Assembly (NCBI GenBank): GCA_964016885.1
Contig: OZ024743.1
Location: forward strand, 258,850,001 to 258,914,000
Source of the DNA: Eledone cirrhosa
Taxonomy: Eukaryota
DNA: 64,000 nt
Reading direction: 5' to 3'
Shown here: positions 10,168 through 23,477 of the stretch, in pieces
How positions within the stretch are numbered: the stretch's first letter is position 1
Layout of the letters: the number at the start of each line of letters is the position of its first letter
Notes under the pieces: model-generated
What the model was told of the DNA's origin: nothing
Database searches by the model: none
Seen by the model: the letters and a program-made list of their open reading frames with translations, nothing else
Translations under genes and position numbers: made by a program

Positions 10168-10780
10168 TATGTATGTGTGTGTCTGTGTATTACCTATAGG
10201 GGCCTACATCTTACGACCGATTTTCATGAAACTTTACAGGCTCATAGATTAGTCATCGGGGAGTGTTTTCTATATATCAGCGTATCGTTTTTTGTATTCC
10301 GGGGTCATTCTGTAGATAAAAATCGCTAAGGGTGTCACCTTTTTTTAGGTATCGAAAAATAAGATTTTTGGCTCTAGCTACCACATTTTGCCACCGATTT
10401 TGTTCAAATTTTAAAGCAAAATAGAATTTATCATTGCACATCCTGTAATGGCTTTATATTTTGCATCTGTTGTTCAGGGACGGCGTGGCAGCCGCTTAAA
10501 TATTCAAAAATACCACTTTTAGACTCAAATTTCCACTTTTTCGGCTCTAGCTCCCACATTAATCAACCGATTTCGTTCAAATTCGAAACTCCCTCCCCCA
10601 GCATGCCACTTCGTCAGTCATCCGCGTTTCTCAGTGATAGAGGTCATCATCACCCTCTCCCGCATGACCTGTGTGTGACCATAGATGAGTCATCGAGAAG
10701 CAGTCGCTAAGATCAACACCTTTTCATCAAAGCAGATATTATTTTATCTATCCAGGCAACGCTGGGTACTGCTGCTAGTT
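10150..10780 (+). mobile_element. Non-autonomous Helitron/Helentron-like element
   Basis: TATATAAAAC start, internal ACCGATTTT repeats, 3' CCAGGCAACGCTGGG hairpin + CTAGT. Confidence 0.65.
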
Positions 10781-11519
10781 ATATATAAACATATCGTATA
10801 TATCTTCATATATACCACTATTAAGAACCATGCTATGCTGGTACTACTGCTCATATATGCATATATATTGTATATCATCATATTATCCTTGAAGATGAGT
10901 GGTATTATCAATAATGTTTTCTGTCTTTAGGCACAAGGCTAACAATTTTGGAGCTGAGGAAAGTCGATTAAATCTACCCTAATGTGTTACTGGCACTTTA
11001 TTATATCGACCCCATAAGGATGAAAGGCAAATCTAACCTTGGAATATAAAGGGGCGTAACTCTCTCTTCAGAAGCATGGCTGACGCTGTACTGATACTAC
11101 CAATCCACTGCCCTACAACGATATTATTAACAATAACACTTAGCTATGTTCAATATATTTTTCCCCCTGTTTACAATATTTTTGTAGCGTAAGTATTGGT
11201 TTGATCTTACGTATTAAAACATTTGTAAAGTATCAAAGGATTTACGATATCTATTCTTCTCAATTTGTTATATGCATATATATATGCTCTGTGAGAGAAT
11301 TGGAGCTAAAAACACAAGACCTGAGAGTGTTGCACACTGCCAATATCATAGAAAATCACATATCTAATATTTTACAGAGAACAATCTAATTAGGTTTAAA
11401 AAATAATGTAGAGACAGAATAAATATTATATTTACATAGAGACTAAGTTTTTACATGGCCCATTTCAGGTAGTAAAAATCATCAACATTTACCGTTGATT
11501 AACACACGCACACATATAT

Positions 11520-14100
11520 GTATATAGGGCGGTTGGCTATTCATTGTCGTTAGACTGGTCCTTTTCAGCACAACGTCTCCCCAGTCACCGCGTTTCTTTG
11601 TCATCTCCTTTGAGAGTCTCAGCGATTTGAGACCAGCTCTCACCACCTCCACCAGGTCTTCCTTGGTCTACCTGTACTGTGGCTTCCCTCCACTGAGATT
11701 TCCTGGCTCTTCACGCAGTAATCATTATCCATGCGTATCACATGTCCATACCACTTCTAATTCCTCTTAAACCCAATTTCTACCTCATATCATCCAAACT
11801 CTGCCTTTCTCTCACATCCAATGAAGTATGGTTGCTTCATTTCTCTCCAGCCTACGCTTGTCTTCTGCAGTCACTGTCCATTTTCACTACCATGCAGCAT
11901 CGCACTTCGCACACATGCGTCATACCGCCGTCCTTTTGTACGTAGGAGGAAATCTTTGGTTGTCAACCACTTCTATGAACCCTTCCTGTGATTGAAAAAG
12001 GTAAATTGGAGCACAGGTTCCCGTCTTTGACGGTCTTCCTCTTGATTACTCCTGTGCATCTTCTACATACAAAGTCTTCTCTTCCTCTTAGTCTACCTGT
12101 TATCCCATTACAACTCTTGTGTACCCAGGATTTTCATTGAGTACATCGTATAGAGTTTATACCCACTCCTTTTCTACACATTGGGCAGGGACACTTCTCT
12201 GTTAGAATCAGAATCCTATCTTCTTTCTTATTTACTAGCAGTTTAGTTTTGGCTAAGGATACTTCCAGTACTTTTGATTCCAAGTTGCGTTCCCATAGTT
12301 AGAACTTATTCTCTAGTTATTTTATGGATTCAGCTATAAGGACGAAGTCATCCTGTTATCGTCTGGAGAACCATGATGAATAAAAGTGGGATAAGAATCG
12401 AACCCTGATGGAATCCTACCTGAATCTTAAATTCCTTACTAAACTCACTTCCTACTCTCACTTTACTGACAGCTCCTCTGTACATGGCTTGCATCATTCT
12501 CACAAGCCATTCTTCCACACCTAATTTCCTTAAGGACTACAAGATAATAGATCGAGGTACTCTTCCAATGGCTTTTCTAGATCTACAAAAGCCAAATATA
12601 GCGGCTTATTCTTGGCTAAGAACTCTTATAATAGCTTAGATACAAAGTCCCATCGCATTTTAGACATAATGACTTTGAAGACACTTTTTCAATACTGACT
12701 GCAATATAAACTTTTCATTTTTTGTCCTAATGCTTTTCTTGTGTTTTTTTTTTTCAGGTTAATGTTATATTTCTTAATATTATGCCTTTTGACCCCACTA
12801 TAATGAGTGATGATCAGAAACATAAGACATTGTATATTGCATGAATTCAAAAAGGGCTCCTCAGCAACAGATGTGGCAAGGAATATTCATTCTGCCTATT
12901 AAAACCAAACTCCAACTGTCCGAACATTCTAACGATTGTTTAAATCAGGGATCTCCAAAGTGGTGGATATCGACCCTTGGGGTCAATGGGGTTCTTCAAG
13001 GGGTCAAAAGGAGGCTGATAAACGCCAGGGGTCGATTTTACGTTTGGGGTTGAATGCTGACATTCGTATAAGAAATAAAAATACATAAATTACAACTTGC
13101 TGATACACATTTTTAATCATCAACTATAATAATAACCAATGTGTGTTTATATATCTATTTGGTGTCATGCAATGAAAGAAATATCTATGTGATGACTGAG
13201 GATGTACATATGTAGCGAGGAAAATTTCCCATGGTGATTTTTCTGAAGGCTACAACCACCTATGACTCCTGAGACATAACTTTTGCCAAAGGACACTTCT
13301 AAGTAGATGCGCAGCCGATTGCTGATTGGCAAACTTTCTTTTTTCAGCCTCTCTCTGAGCTGCATAGACCTACCTACCGTGTACTTACTTCTGTCTTAAC
13401 TACCTGGTACTGGTCTCTGCTACCGCCATTTTGCCAATTTTTCCACGCCGGCCTCTTGGCTTTAATGGCTCTGTCCATTATGTTGTCCCCACACAAGTCA
13501 CCCTCTGCCTGACTGGTCTTTTGCCCCAGCCACAAGTCTCCTCAGTAGTTCGTCATAAATGGTTGTCACTCAAGAATTTCCAGTTGTCCTCTACGTTATA
13601 TGTGTCTAGCTCGTCAACCCTCTCACCAAATGCACCTCGTAGGGCTTTTCTAAACATATTTTTTAACTGAAAATTCCTTTAGCTTCCAAACCCTCTGTCT
13701 CCATATTTTCCTGCATATCTTGTACTATCTTGTGTTGGGCGGCACATTCTTCCCTAGGGAACGCCTTAGCATTTATTACAGCCCGTTTATCTCGTGTATT
13801 CGCCTGATTAATATGTGATCAGATGACTAGCCGCTTTCCTGAAATTTGTGTTGCAAATGGTTAATTCATCTGCATCACAGAATTCTAGGAGCCTCACCCC
13901 CTCTTCATTTATTGAGCCATAGCAATAGCTGCCATGAACTCTAATAAATCCATCCTGATACTGTCCAACATGTTCGTTGAAGTCGCTTGTTAAGGCGACG
14001 AAGTATCTTTCATCAATAGCTGAGGTTGTCAGTGAAAGTTCCTCGTAGCACCTGTCCATTTCTTCTTTATCCAGTACTGCCAGTGGTGCATAGATAGATT
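11520..14100 (-). mobile_element. Old RTE-clade LINE (APE endonuclease ~13800-14100, RT/PHD/thumb ~11600-12620), interrupted by mariner and hAT fragments
   Basis: ORF 13808..14059 has an APE-like DFN.HVG...N.EG..LLEFC...L.I.NT.F.K signature. RT-like ..VGFHQGS.L.PLLFI.V.. near 12370-12430. Mariner-like MSDDQKH..HCILHEFKKG at about 12803 (+). Confidence 0.75.
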
Positions 14101-14379
14101 CTATTAATCAACACGATGAAAAAGTACCCAATGCAATCTGTCAATTGGTCGTTGTGGTTTTCTTTCGGTTTTTCTGTACGAAGCTAAGATAATATGTGCA
14201 TGTATATATAAGTTTAAGAGTGTGTGTGTGTTTTTGTTGTTTGTACGAAGCTATGAGGATATGTGTGTATATCAGTTTAAGAGTGTGTGTGCGTTAGTTG
14301 TTGATCCACACAGAGCTATAAGTGTAAAGGTGTGTGCGTTTGTTGTAAGAGTTGTGTTTCTGATTACTACTTCAAAAAG

Positions 14380-14471
14380 CCATTTTGGTTATTTAAAAGT
14401 GGGTGTCAATTTTTCCTATTACACCGGATACTTCCAACTGAACTAAATTAGATCTACCAAAGTTAATAAAA
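14380..14471 (+). promoter_or_regulatory. Probable proximal promoter / 5' UTR of SDAD1
   Basis: Lies immediately 5' of the ATG and contains CCGGATACTTCC (ETS-like cores on both strands) near 14424. The TSS cannot be placed from sequence alone. Confidence 0.35.
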
Positions 14472-14561
14472 ATGTCTGGACGTCATCACAACCAGTTACC
14501 AAATAATTTACCACAGTTACAGAATTTGATTAAAAGAGATCCAGAATCATACACCGATGAG
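14472..14561 (+). CDS. SDAD1: SDA1 homolog, coding exon 1 ([30 protein letters not shown])
   Basis: ATG at 14472. The translation carries the conserved SDA1 N-terminal [13 protein letters not shown] motif. GT donor at 14562, phase 0. Confidence 0.95.
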
Positions 14562-16390
14562 GTAAATAAAATACTTTATAAGCATTATTTGTGTAACTAA
14601 CATATTACCTTTTCGTTTTAACACTGGGGACTTGCTGTCTTGCCCACGTGTTTGTTTTTATCGAATATTGTATATAATTGTTATATACGCATGTGTTTTT
14701 ATTGGCAGTGTTACTGTCCTAAAGTATAACAATATCTGTTTCAATACATAATTTCACATCAAGAATCTAGCAAAACAAAAACAAAAATTAATGTAATTTT
14801 TTTTCTGCGTCGTACTTGTTACGTGAATTACTTGATCTGAGAATGTGTGTTGAAACGAAAACAATTACACAATGGAAGTCATTTTAACCATTAAAAATCA
14901 CAAAAAAATGTTTGCATCACTTTTTATTTAATTTGACACCAAGGAATAAAGACGAAGGTCCCTCAATTTCATTTTAAAAACACGAAAAATAAATTAGTTC
15001 ACTTAGAAGTATCTACGTTAAAACGAATTTTTTTTCGTTTCAGTAATTTAAGAAAACAGTTATTATTTTATATCTCACATTTTATTGTTACTTTCCAACG
15101 GATTTGGAGATCAGATTCCTTTAAAACACACAGTTGCGGGTGTTTATCTGTAAATTTGCCCAAATATCTTATATCAACTAACGAATGAGCCTCCGCGTGT
15201 TCACCCGACCTATTAGAAATAGCAGCCTAATTTCGCTCAAACTACACCCTGCTATAATTAATTAATAAATCAAGAACAGATTGAATAATGTAGACCGGAT
15301 AAACTATACTTCAAAATAATAATTAAAAAAAGAAAATAAAGACAGGTTGGCCTGGACATGAATGTTTTTGATCGTATATTTGTCACTCGTGGCTGACTGG
15401 GGCTAAACAACATCAATATTTGTTTTCAGTCTACCACCACCCTACGTAATGAGAACTGTACTGTATTTAAATAACAGAAAAGAATGAAAAATTTAATAAA
15501 ATGTGATTTTATGAAATAGCAGACTAGAAATGTGTTTCTTTTCTGTATTGATATCTGCTTTGACACATTGCCTAGTGGTTAGGGTGTTGGACTCACAATC
15601 TCAAGGGTTTGTTTTGGGTCAGTAACAGGCAGAGAGAGAAAAGCTGTATTGGTCAACGACTTCATGCCAATCAGTTGAAAAGTGACTTTTCTTTGATGCC
15701 TGTGTGCAGCAGTATCATAATTTTCTTTGATGCCTGTGTGCAGCAGTATCATAATGTATTCCATTGTGGGTGTCATCTGCGATACAGAACTTTAGTAGTT
15801 GTTTGTGTCATTATCATCACCGTTTAACGTTCATTTTTATACGCTAGCATGGGTTTGACGGGTATTATTTGGCTCTGGTGAAGAAGACCAGTCTTTACTG
15901 TTTCAGATGTGCGTTTCCCAGGAGATATCCTCAGTGATGTATATGTGTGAGCTTGGGTTCATTTTGAATACCCAGAATTTATTCTAATGATTTTAGCCAC
16001 CACCTCAATCTCTACAGTCTGTAGATGATGTTAATGCATTTTTTTTTACATTATAATCAAATAGTCCAACCCGTGCAAGCGTGGAAAACGATGATAATGA
16101 TCATCATCTATATATAAATTTGAGCGACTTCCGCCTGTCCGTCACAATGTGTGTGCTTGTATGTGTGTGTAAAAGGAAGGAAACGGATGGTGAAAAAACT
16201 ATAGCAAAACAGCGGCTGGCGTTCCATTTGCTACGTTATGTGCGAGTGTGTTTGTGTGAATGTATGTCTGTGAGTGTGTATTTTTGTAAGTGTGTCTGTG
16301 TTTGCACGTTTATATCTATATACTCATACATATGTCAGCATGTTGAAAAAAATTCTAGTCAATAAAAAAGCTAGTTTTTTTTTTTTTCAG

Positions 16391-16495
16391 TTTATGCAAC
16401 AGCACCAGCACTTTCTTGCGAACTTGCAAATCTTTCAACTTAAACCAAGTCAATACTCCAAAAGTTTGGATGAAATGATCATGTTCCTTGCTCAG
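16391..16495 (+). CDS. SDAD1: SDA1 homolog exon 2 (FMQQHQHF...EMIMFLAQ)
   Basis: Poly-T tract + CAG acceptor and GTAAT donor; 105 nt. Resembles the SDAD1 segment FLQQYNHY...LVMFMAQ as recalled. Confidence 0.93.
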
Positions 16496-17188
16496 GTAAT
16501 TGTGGTTTCTTATTTAATAATTGTTTCTACTTTTGGCACAAGGCCAGCAATTACCCAGTACATTACTGGTACTCTATTTTATCGACCCCATAAGGATGAA
16601 AGGCAAAGTTAACCTTAACGGGATTTGAACTCAGACCGTAAAGGGTCGTAACTATGCTGGAAAGCATGGCGTCCAACCCTCTAGCGATACTGCCAATGTG
16701 TGTGCAGTATAATAAACCCATTATGTAATCATAATTGCTCATATGTTCTGTATTTGGCATGGTGACTATGGCTGAATGGCATGCCTTTCCTAACATCAAT
16801 AACTTTACAATGTAGCACCAACACTATCACTTTGTAGAGTGTATTGATACCATTTTATCCTGGCACCAGCACTAGAGAGGTTGCCATGTACTTGGCAAGA
16901 CTTAAGAATCCTCTATCCTATATTGTTTCCATTTAACAACAAACCGTTAAATATTGACTGTGGAATGTACACCCACTCTCTATATCAGATAAAGAAAAAG
17001 ACCATGAAAGATAAGGTTGGATTTGAGCATGCTGTACCACAAAAGACAAGTTTTCACAAGACCAGGAACTGATAATATGCTCTACTGCAGATTTTCTACT
17101 GCATACTAACTTGAAAAATGGATGTGAAAATGATAAATTTTGATATCCAAATGCCTAGGTTTAACTTTTTGTTTTTGATTTGTTGCAG

Positions 17189-17287
17189 GTATCACATTGT
17201 TATTCAGAAGAACTGACAGATTTTCCTCAACAACTTAAGGAAATACTTTTGAGACATTCAACTGTCTTAGATCCCACAATAAGAATG
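17189..17287 (+). CDS. SDAD1: SDA1 homolog exon 3 (VSHCYSEELTDFPQQLKEILLRHSTVLDPTIRM)
   Basis: TTGCAG acceptor, GTAAAT donor, 99 nt, SHCY..FPQ..VLDP motif. Confidence 0.93.
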
Positions 17288-17416
17288 GTAAATTTTTTCC
17301 AGTTATGAATCTATTTTTGAAATTGCCTTTTTTTTTTTTGCTGATACACTTTGGGAGGATCATGCTGCCAATAAAATCAGATGCACTGGTTTAGTTTCAT
17401 TTTAGCTTTTATTGTT

Positions 17417-18403
17417 AACTAGCAGTGGTACCCGGCGTTGCACGGGATAAGGTATTTTGGAACGCAGGCCGCCAACAGACCTAATGGAAAAACTGCATGC
17501 CTGGACAATATGTAAAGAAAATAAACCGAATACTCTGATGGCTGGATAATCTTTAAGATTTTCCTCAATGAAGCAGGAAAAATGCAGGTTTTCACCTAAT
17601 GCAGGCCCTAGGGGATCAAGAAAATGAATTTTTTTTATATGCATAATATGCCTTGCAATTTCGGGAAAATCGGCTAGATGTAACGCCTCTAAAAAGCTAA
17701 AAAATGAAGTTTTTCACCTAATGCGGGCCCTAGGCCATAAAAAAGTTGGATTTTCTTTGCTTACGGTATGAAGAAGAGACTGACTAATACATGGTTACAA
17801 TTTCAAGGAAATCGGTCTGACGTAACAACTAAAAAAAACCCCTAAAAACCTGGAAAAATGCAGTTTTTCACCTAATACGGGCCCTAAGGGATCAAAAAGT
17901 TGAATTTCTTATGTGCATAACACTCCCTGAAACATAAGTAATACATATGTAAAGTTTGAAAAAAGTCGGTTGGGTACTTCTCAAGTTTTAGGGATTCAAA
18001 CTCACAGACACACACACAGACATACATCCTCAGGGAAGTGACGTAATGCAGACAGTCAGATATACAGACAGTTATTATAAGGGCACGTTCTGGACACAGA
18101 GGGAATTGTGGGAAGTGACGTAATGCAGTCAGCCAGACATACAGACATATTATAAGGGTGCGACGTTATATGTATGTATGTATCTATCTAAAAAGAGAAA
18201 GACTAAGAATTATAGAGAGAGATTGCTAAATCGCCTGATGCGATCCCTAGGGCATTGAAAATTTGAAATTTTCTTTGCTCAGAACACTCCCTGAAACAAG
18301 TATTACATGTGTAAAGTTTGAAAACAGTCGGTAGGGTGCTTCTCGAGTTTTAGGGATTCAAACTCACACACACATAGACATCCTCAGTTTTATATATATA
18401 GAT
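17417..18403 (-). mobile_element. Non-autonomous Helitron/Helentron-like element with internal subrepeats
   Basis: ACTAG + CCCGGCGTTGCACGGG hairpin at the left end and TTTTATATATATAGAT at the right end. A related fragment lies at about 6690-6960. Confidence 0.7.
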
Positions 18404-19089
18404 CAAGGAAGGGCAATGGATTGGCAGAATCATGAGATTCTTTGCGGTATTTGCACCAGCTTTTTTCTGAGTTTAAATCCCACTGAGGTCAACTTTGCCT
18501 TCCATCCTCCTGGGGTCAATATAATCGACTTTTTCCTTCCCACATATTGCTGTCCTTGTACCTAAATTAAAGACATCAATTAGGGAACTAATCCATTCAA
18601 CAGCTGGTTAATTAAACAACCAGCCCTTTATTTAATTGTCAAAGGTCTTTTGTTACACATTCTATGACCATATCAATGATTTTATTTTTACATCTTTGAC
18701 TCCTATCCACCTTGACTTCACTTCCAGCCTATTTCATTATTACAAAAGTGTGGAGTGAAAGAAATATTAAGTCTATCAGAATAAATGTTGTGTAGCAGTT
18801 AGTTTTGTTCCTTTGTGTTTTGAGTTCAAATCCTGCCAAGATTGACTTTGCCTTTCATCAGTCTCAGGTTTATGAATTAAATAGTTGTCATGTACTGTGA
18901 TCAATTAAATCAACATCATCCCTCCTGTGAAATCTTGTGATCTTGCACCATTGTATGAAACTATTATCATTATTCTTAAGTTTGTTTCACAGCAGAAATG
19001 GTAGACAGCGAGGGTATTGCTCTTGTGGTATTTAGTTTCAAATCTTAATGTTTTGAGTTCAAATTATGTCACAGTTGTGAAATAAAAGC

Positions 19090-20297
19090 ATGTTAAGTTC
19101 TAGTTGTAGGAAGGAAAATAGGGCACCGGTCCCATCTGGGAAATGGCCATGCTCAGTGTGTAGGAAAGGAGTAGGCAGAAACTCCATTATATGTCCCAAA
19201 TGCAAAGTATGGGTGCATAAAAGATGTAGTGGGATCACAGGTAAGCTAACTAAAGAATATAGATTTTATATGTGGCCGGTGCTCTGGTGCAATAAGTAGC
19301 AGCAAGTGCCCACAATACTAGCTCATTCCATTGCACAGATGGTTCTATAGAAATAGTGGACAGCTTCCGTTACCTGGGTGACAAAATCAGCAGTGAGGGA
19401 GGGTGCTCTGAAAATACAGTAGCTAGAGTCAGAACGGGATGGAAAAAGTTCAGAGAGCTTATACCACTATTGGCCGCTAAAGGGTTCTCTCTAAAAATGA
19501 AAGGCAGGCTGTATGATGCCTGCATACGAACAGCAATGTTACATGGCAGTGAGACCTGGGCATTGTGTGCAGAGGATATACGCAGACTGGAGAGAAACGG
19601 AGCTTGCATGCTCCGCTGGATGTGTAATAGTAATATACGTGAACGGCAAAGCATAAACAAACTAAGTGAGAAATTAGGAATAAAAGGGATCAGATGTTGT
19701 TTACTCGAGAGAAGACTACGTTGGTACGGTTACGTGATGCGCATGAAAGACGACAGCTGTATAACAAAGTGTAGGGCGATAAAAATAGACGGTAGCCACG
19801 TAGTAGGCAGACCCAGAAAAACCTGGGACGACTTGATAAATTCCGACCTCTCCAAGACAATGTCACTGGACCGAGATCTTTGGCGCTACACAATCATACA
19901 GAAGACCCGCCTTGCCTAAGTACAAAGCGAAACCTACAGTCAGTAGGCACCTCTAACAAAATACACCCCCATCCCACTACTCCCACCCCATCCACACCAC
20001 CCCCCTAAATGTGCAGTTATGTTGGTACCACAACATCCAGTCCGAAACAAATGAGGTCGTGTAGGTGTCACGACAAAAAAACACAGTCCACGCTGTAATG
20101 TGGTCGTGTAGGTAACACGGTAAAAACCTCCCAGTCCACACTGTAAACGTGGTTGGTGTTAGGAAGGGCATCCAGCTGTAGAAAACCCGCCAGACAGTCC
20201 TATACGAGCAGGACAACAAATCTTACCTCAAGTGGGAAAACTCCCGTCCAAACCCATGCAAGCGTGGAAGATGGACGTTAAACAATGATGATGATGA
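19090..20297 (+). mobile_element. 5'-truncated RTE-clade LINE (PHD-like finger + RT C-terminus + 3' UTR, (GAT)n tail)
   Basis: CSVCRKGVGRNSI.C.KCKVWVHKRCSGI, then DSFRYLG, LHGSETW, RRLRWYG, GRPRKTW. Confidence 0.9.
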
Positions 20298-21185
20298 TTA
20301 AGTAATAGGGTTTAATTGACCTACAACGTTACATCTTGTAGGAAGTTTCTTGAGTATTTTAATGATATGCGCCCCAGTCCTATGATGAAAAGCACGTGAA
20401 ATGAAATCTTTTCCTCAAGAACAGAATGCACCACCTGGTCCAGGAATTGAAGCCATGATCATTGGGCCAACACCCTAAGGAAAATTTGTCCGTCTACATT
20501 TTGTACTAATTCACGTATCCTACATAGTACCATATGTGTATTTATTTTGATGAAAAAAATATAGCCATCTATCAATTGTATTGTAAATTAGCATTATAAC
20601 TAGTGGAATTCCCCTCTCCCATTATACACTTTTGGTCTGCTGTCTCTCCTCTAGGACATAATGTGTCTTGAGTTTGAGACCCCTTGACTAGAGAAAGATG
20701 TGCATGGAAAAGGTTCTAGGAATTGTTGCATCAAAGAAGTTCAGAAGATAGATAAAATTAGGCTTCATAAAAATGCGCACAAAAATAAGCAAATAGAGAC
20801 TTTAAAATATCTTTACACTTGCATTTTTCAGATACTTTTCTAGGAAAACATGCTTTTTTTTTTGCAAAATACAGTACTCTAAATGAATTAATTAAAAATG
20901 TTTTCCTGCTTCCTTCTACAATGTTTGGAGTATACAATATTTTTAAATTTAAATTTCCTTTTTTAGAAAGTATTAAAGAACCTCATAATTTATGACCTCA
21001 TCCTTCAAAAGACATAGCCCCCCCCCCCCCCCCGGAAAAATTTCAGCTTTTTGGGTACTTAGTTGTAGCCTACAACTTGGATCATATAAGCATATATTCA
21101 CTTCAAAATATTAAATCTTTTGTTACCAAACTGCCTGAGACCACCCATTTTTCTACAGTATAAAACTGCTTATTTTAAAGTGTTT

Positions 21186-21517
21186 ATCATCATCATTTCA
21201 TTTTACGTCCGCTTTTTCCCTGCTTGCAAGGCTGGGACGGAAACTGATGCTGGCTTGATTTCTACAGCTGGATGCCCTTCCTAACACCAACCTCATTTAA
21301 AGTGAGTGCTGGGTGCTTTTTTGCCGTGGCACCTCCACAACCACTTTGCAGTGGAATGATATGGACCCCAGTCCCTATCATCTCATTTCTACAGCTGAGT
21401 AAACTGGAGCAATGTGAAATAAAGTGTCTTGCTCAAGGAAACAACACATCACCCGGTCTGAGAATTGAACTCACAACCTTTCGATTGCAAGGCCAATGCT
21501 CTAACCACTAACCACTA
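21186..21517 (-). mobile_element. SINE family A copy inserted in a TTAA-ended MITE
   Basis: Near-identical to 42-390 in reverse orientation (same spurious 79-aa ORF). Confidence 0.8.
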
Positions 21518-21845
21518 AAATCTTTATATGATAATTTTATGTAAGAATCATTGTTATATTCTAAACACCAGCTTAATAAGAAAGTTAGTTATATTACTAA
21601 ATCATTTTAAATTCTTGATTATTTTCCAAATTATTTTGAAAGTGTCTTTCATTAGAAATATAGTAATGAAAAAGTTAAATGTAATAAATACTTAAGTATA
21701 AATGGATGTCAAAATGAATGAAGGTGGTGATAATCCTGATCATGAATTTAACATCCATTTTACCAGCTATCTCCATTTGGTGTTGTCTTATATGTATATA
21801 CATTTATTACATAGTAAAATGTTGTCTATTTTGTTTTCTCTGCAG

Positions 21846-22028
21846 TCCCTTTGCCGTGCACTAATTCTTTTAAGAAATAAAGGGTTAATAGCAAGTGTAG
21901 ATCTGTTACAGCTGTTTTTTCAACTCTTCATCTGCTCAGATAAATTGCTTCGACGAACCCTTTATTCATATATTGTGTCAGATATTTATAATGTGAATGC
22001 CAAACATAAAAATGGCAAACTGAATCGG
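21846..22028 (+). CDS. SDAD1: SDA1 homolog exon 4 ([12 protein letters not shown]...[11 protein letters not shown])
   Basis: TGCAG acceptor, GTAAGT donor, 183 nt; ALILLRNK and NAKHKN motifs, also visible in ORF 21702..22070. Confidence 0.95.
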
Positions 22029-23477
22029 GTAAGTCAAAATATTTTTCATGTTTCTCTGAACCTTTTTTAAACTACCCCTGATTCTACAATAGAAAATAGT
22101 TTATTTATCTAAAAACCTTTCATCATAATTTTATGTAAGAACCTCTGTTAAGTTATGCTCTAAATACTAGCTTAATGAGAAAGTTATTTTACTAAACCCC
22201 TAAGAAATTCTTGATTACTTTCAAAATTATTTGAATATCATAGATTGTCATTCATTAAACATATTGTAATAAAATTGTCAACTACGGGTTTTGCTTACCT
22301 AAGATGATGATGTTATTTAAAATGGTGTTGGTATTTTAGTTTGTTGTCAAATTGTGAGTCCTATAAAGTTTATGGAAGCTCACAGTGAGGTCAGTCTGTG
22401 TAGCATGGTATTGATTCTTGGTTGTAATCGTTTCACTTCAATTACATTGCTAATGTTTTAAAAAAAGGCTAAATACCACTGTATTTCATCCCTAAAATAA
22501 GTAGCAGGCATGTACAGTAATCAATTCAGTTGACTATATCTTGAAATTAGTGGCTTGCTCTAATATGAGAAATCATTGCCATTTTACATGTACCCTCCTC
22601 ATGACATCAGGTATGCAGAGCAACGGACAAAGCTGGCCATTACAGTGAGAACTAGGCATATTTTATCATGCCACCAGCGCTAGTCAGCTTGTCTGTGGCC
22701 AGGCTAAAGAGTCCCCATTATCCTGAATGGAAAGATTATATATGGCATCCATGGCCCTTCCATTTGTTTCTTTATTTTCTTCACATGGTTATTACAGTAG
22801 GATACACTCCTCTCATCAGCCACTTCACAGCATAAATTGAGTACATTTTAATGTTTTCCCAGCACTAGATATGCTGTCTGGGCTAAATTGCCTTTACACT
22901 ATCGTTCAAGTTATCTGAGCGACAGGGTTCCCTTGATGAGCAGTGGGTGGTGTCAGTGGGCATGGCATGAGGTTGTCTCAGGTGCTAGGGCTAAAATGTC
23001 TTTATATAGCATCACTTAAATACCAGTCAAATACTTGGGGATGGTTAAACAACCCTTCACCCACATTCCTGATGCTGTGGTGTATTTGTTCTGGCTCTTT
23101 ATGTTCTGAATTCAAATAATGCCAAACTCAATTTTACAGGGTTGCTAGGATAAAGTACCTGTCAAATACTGAAGCAAAAACTTGGCTGGGTGTGTCACAT
23201 ATGGTCACAACCTTAAAAATTCATAGCAGAAGGCCTTCAAATGGTTTTCATAAACATTCATCATCATCATCATCGTTTAAGGTCTATCTTCCACGCTAGC
23301 ATGGGTTCCGTATATTATTCAATATGCAATACGTACATTTATATGTATATAGCTATATTGGAGCACCAATACAAATTTATATATATATATATGAAGTGTA
23401 GGGGTATTTAGAGTAGAATTTAGATTAGGTGGAGAAGGCTCACTTTTAAATTATATCACATTAATTTACATGTACTT

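Larger units (their letters stand above)
2233..11305 (-). other. Candidate spliced minus-strand transcript (putative exons 11305-11211, 4500-4443, 2343-2233), divergent from SDAD1
   Basis: Each segment is bounded by an AG acceptor and a GTAAG/GTAAGT/GTGAGT donor. Phases join into an open frame ending ...LVDKNAIDFINAYLHSDWPEV*. No recognisable homology. Confidence 0.3.

Noticed and set aside
9845-10199. Cys-rich metallothionein-like ORF (CACAKAGPY repeats)
   Set aside because: It is the translation of a 27-bp minisatellite running into (TA)n, open in several frames and with no splice context.
15900-15940. Minus-strand CTGAGGA...GAAAC hammerhead-like spacing
   Set aside because: No pairing stem II and only a 3-bp stem I; consistent with chance.
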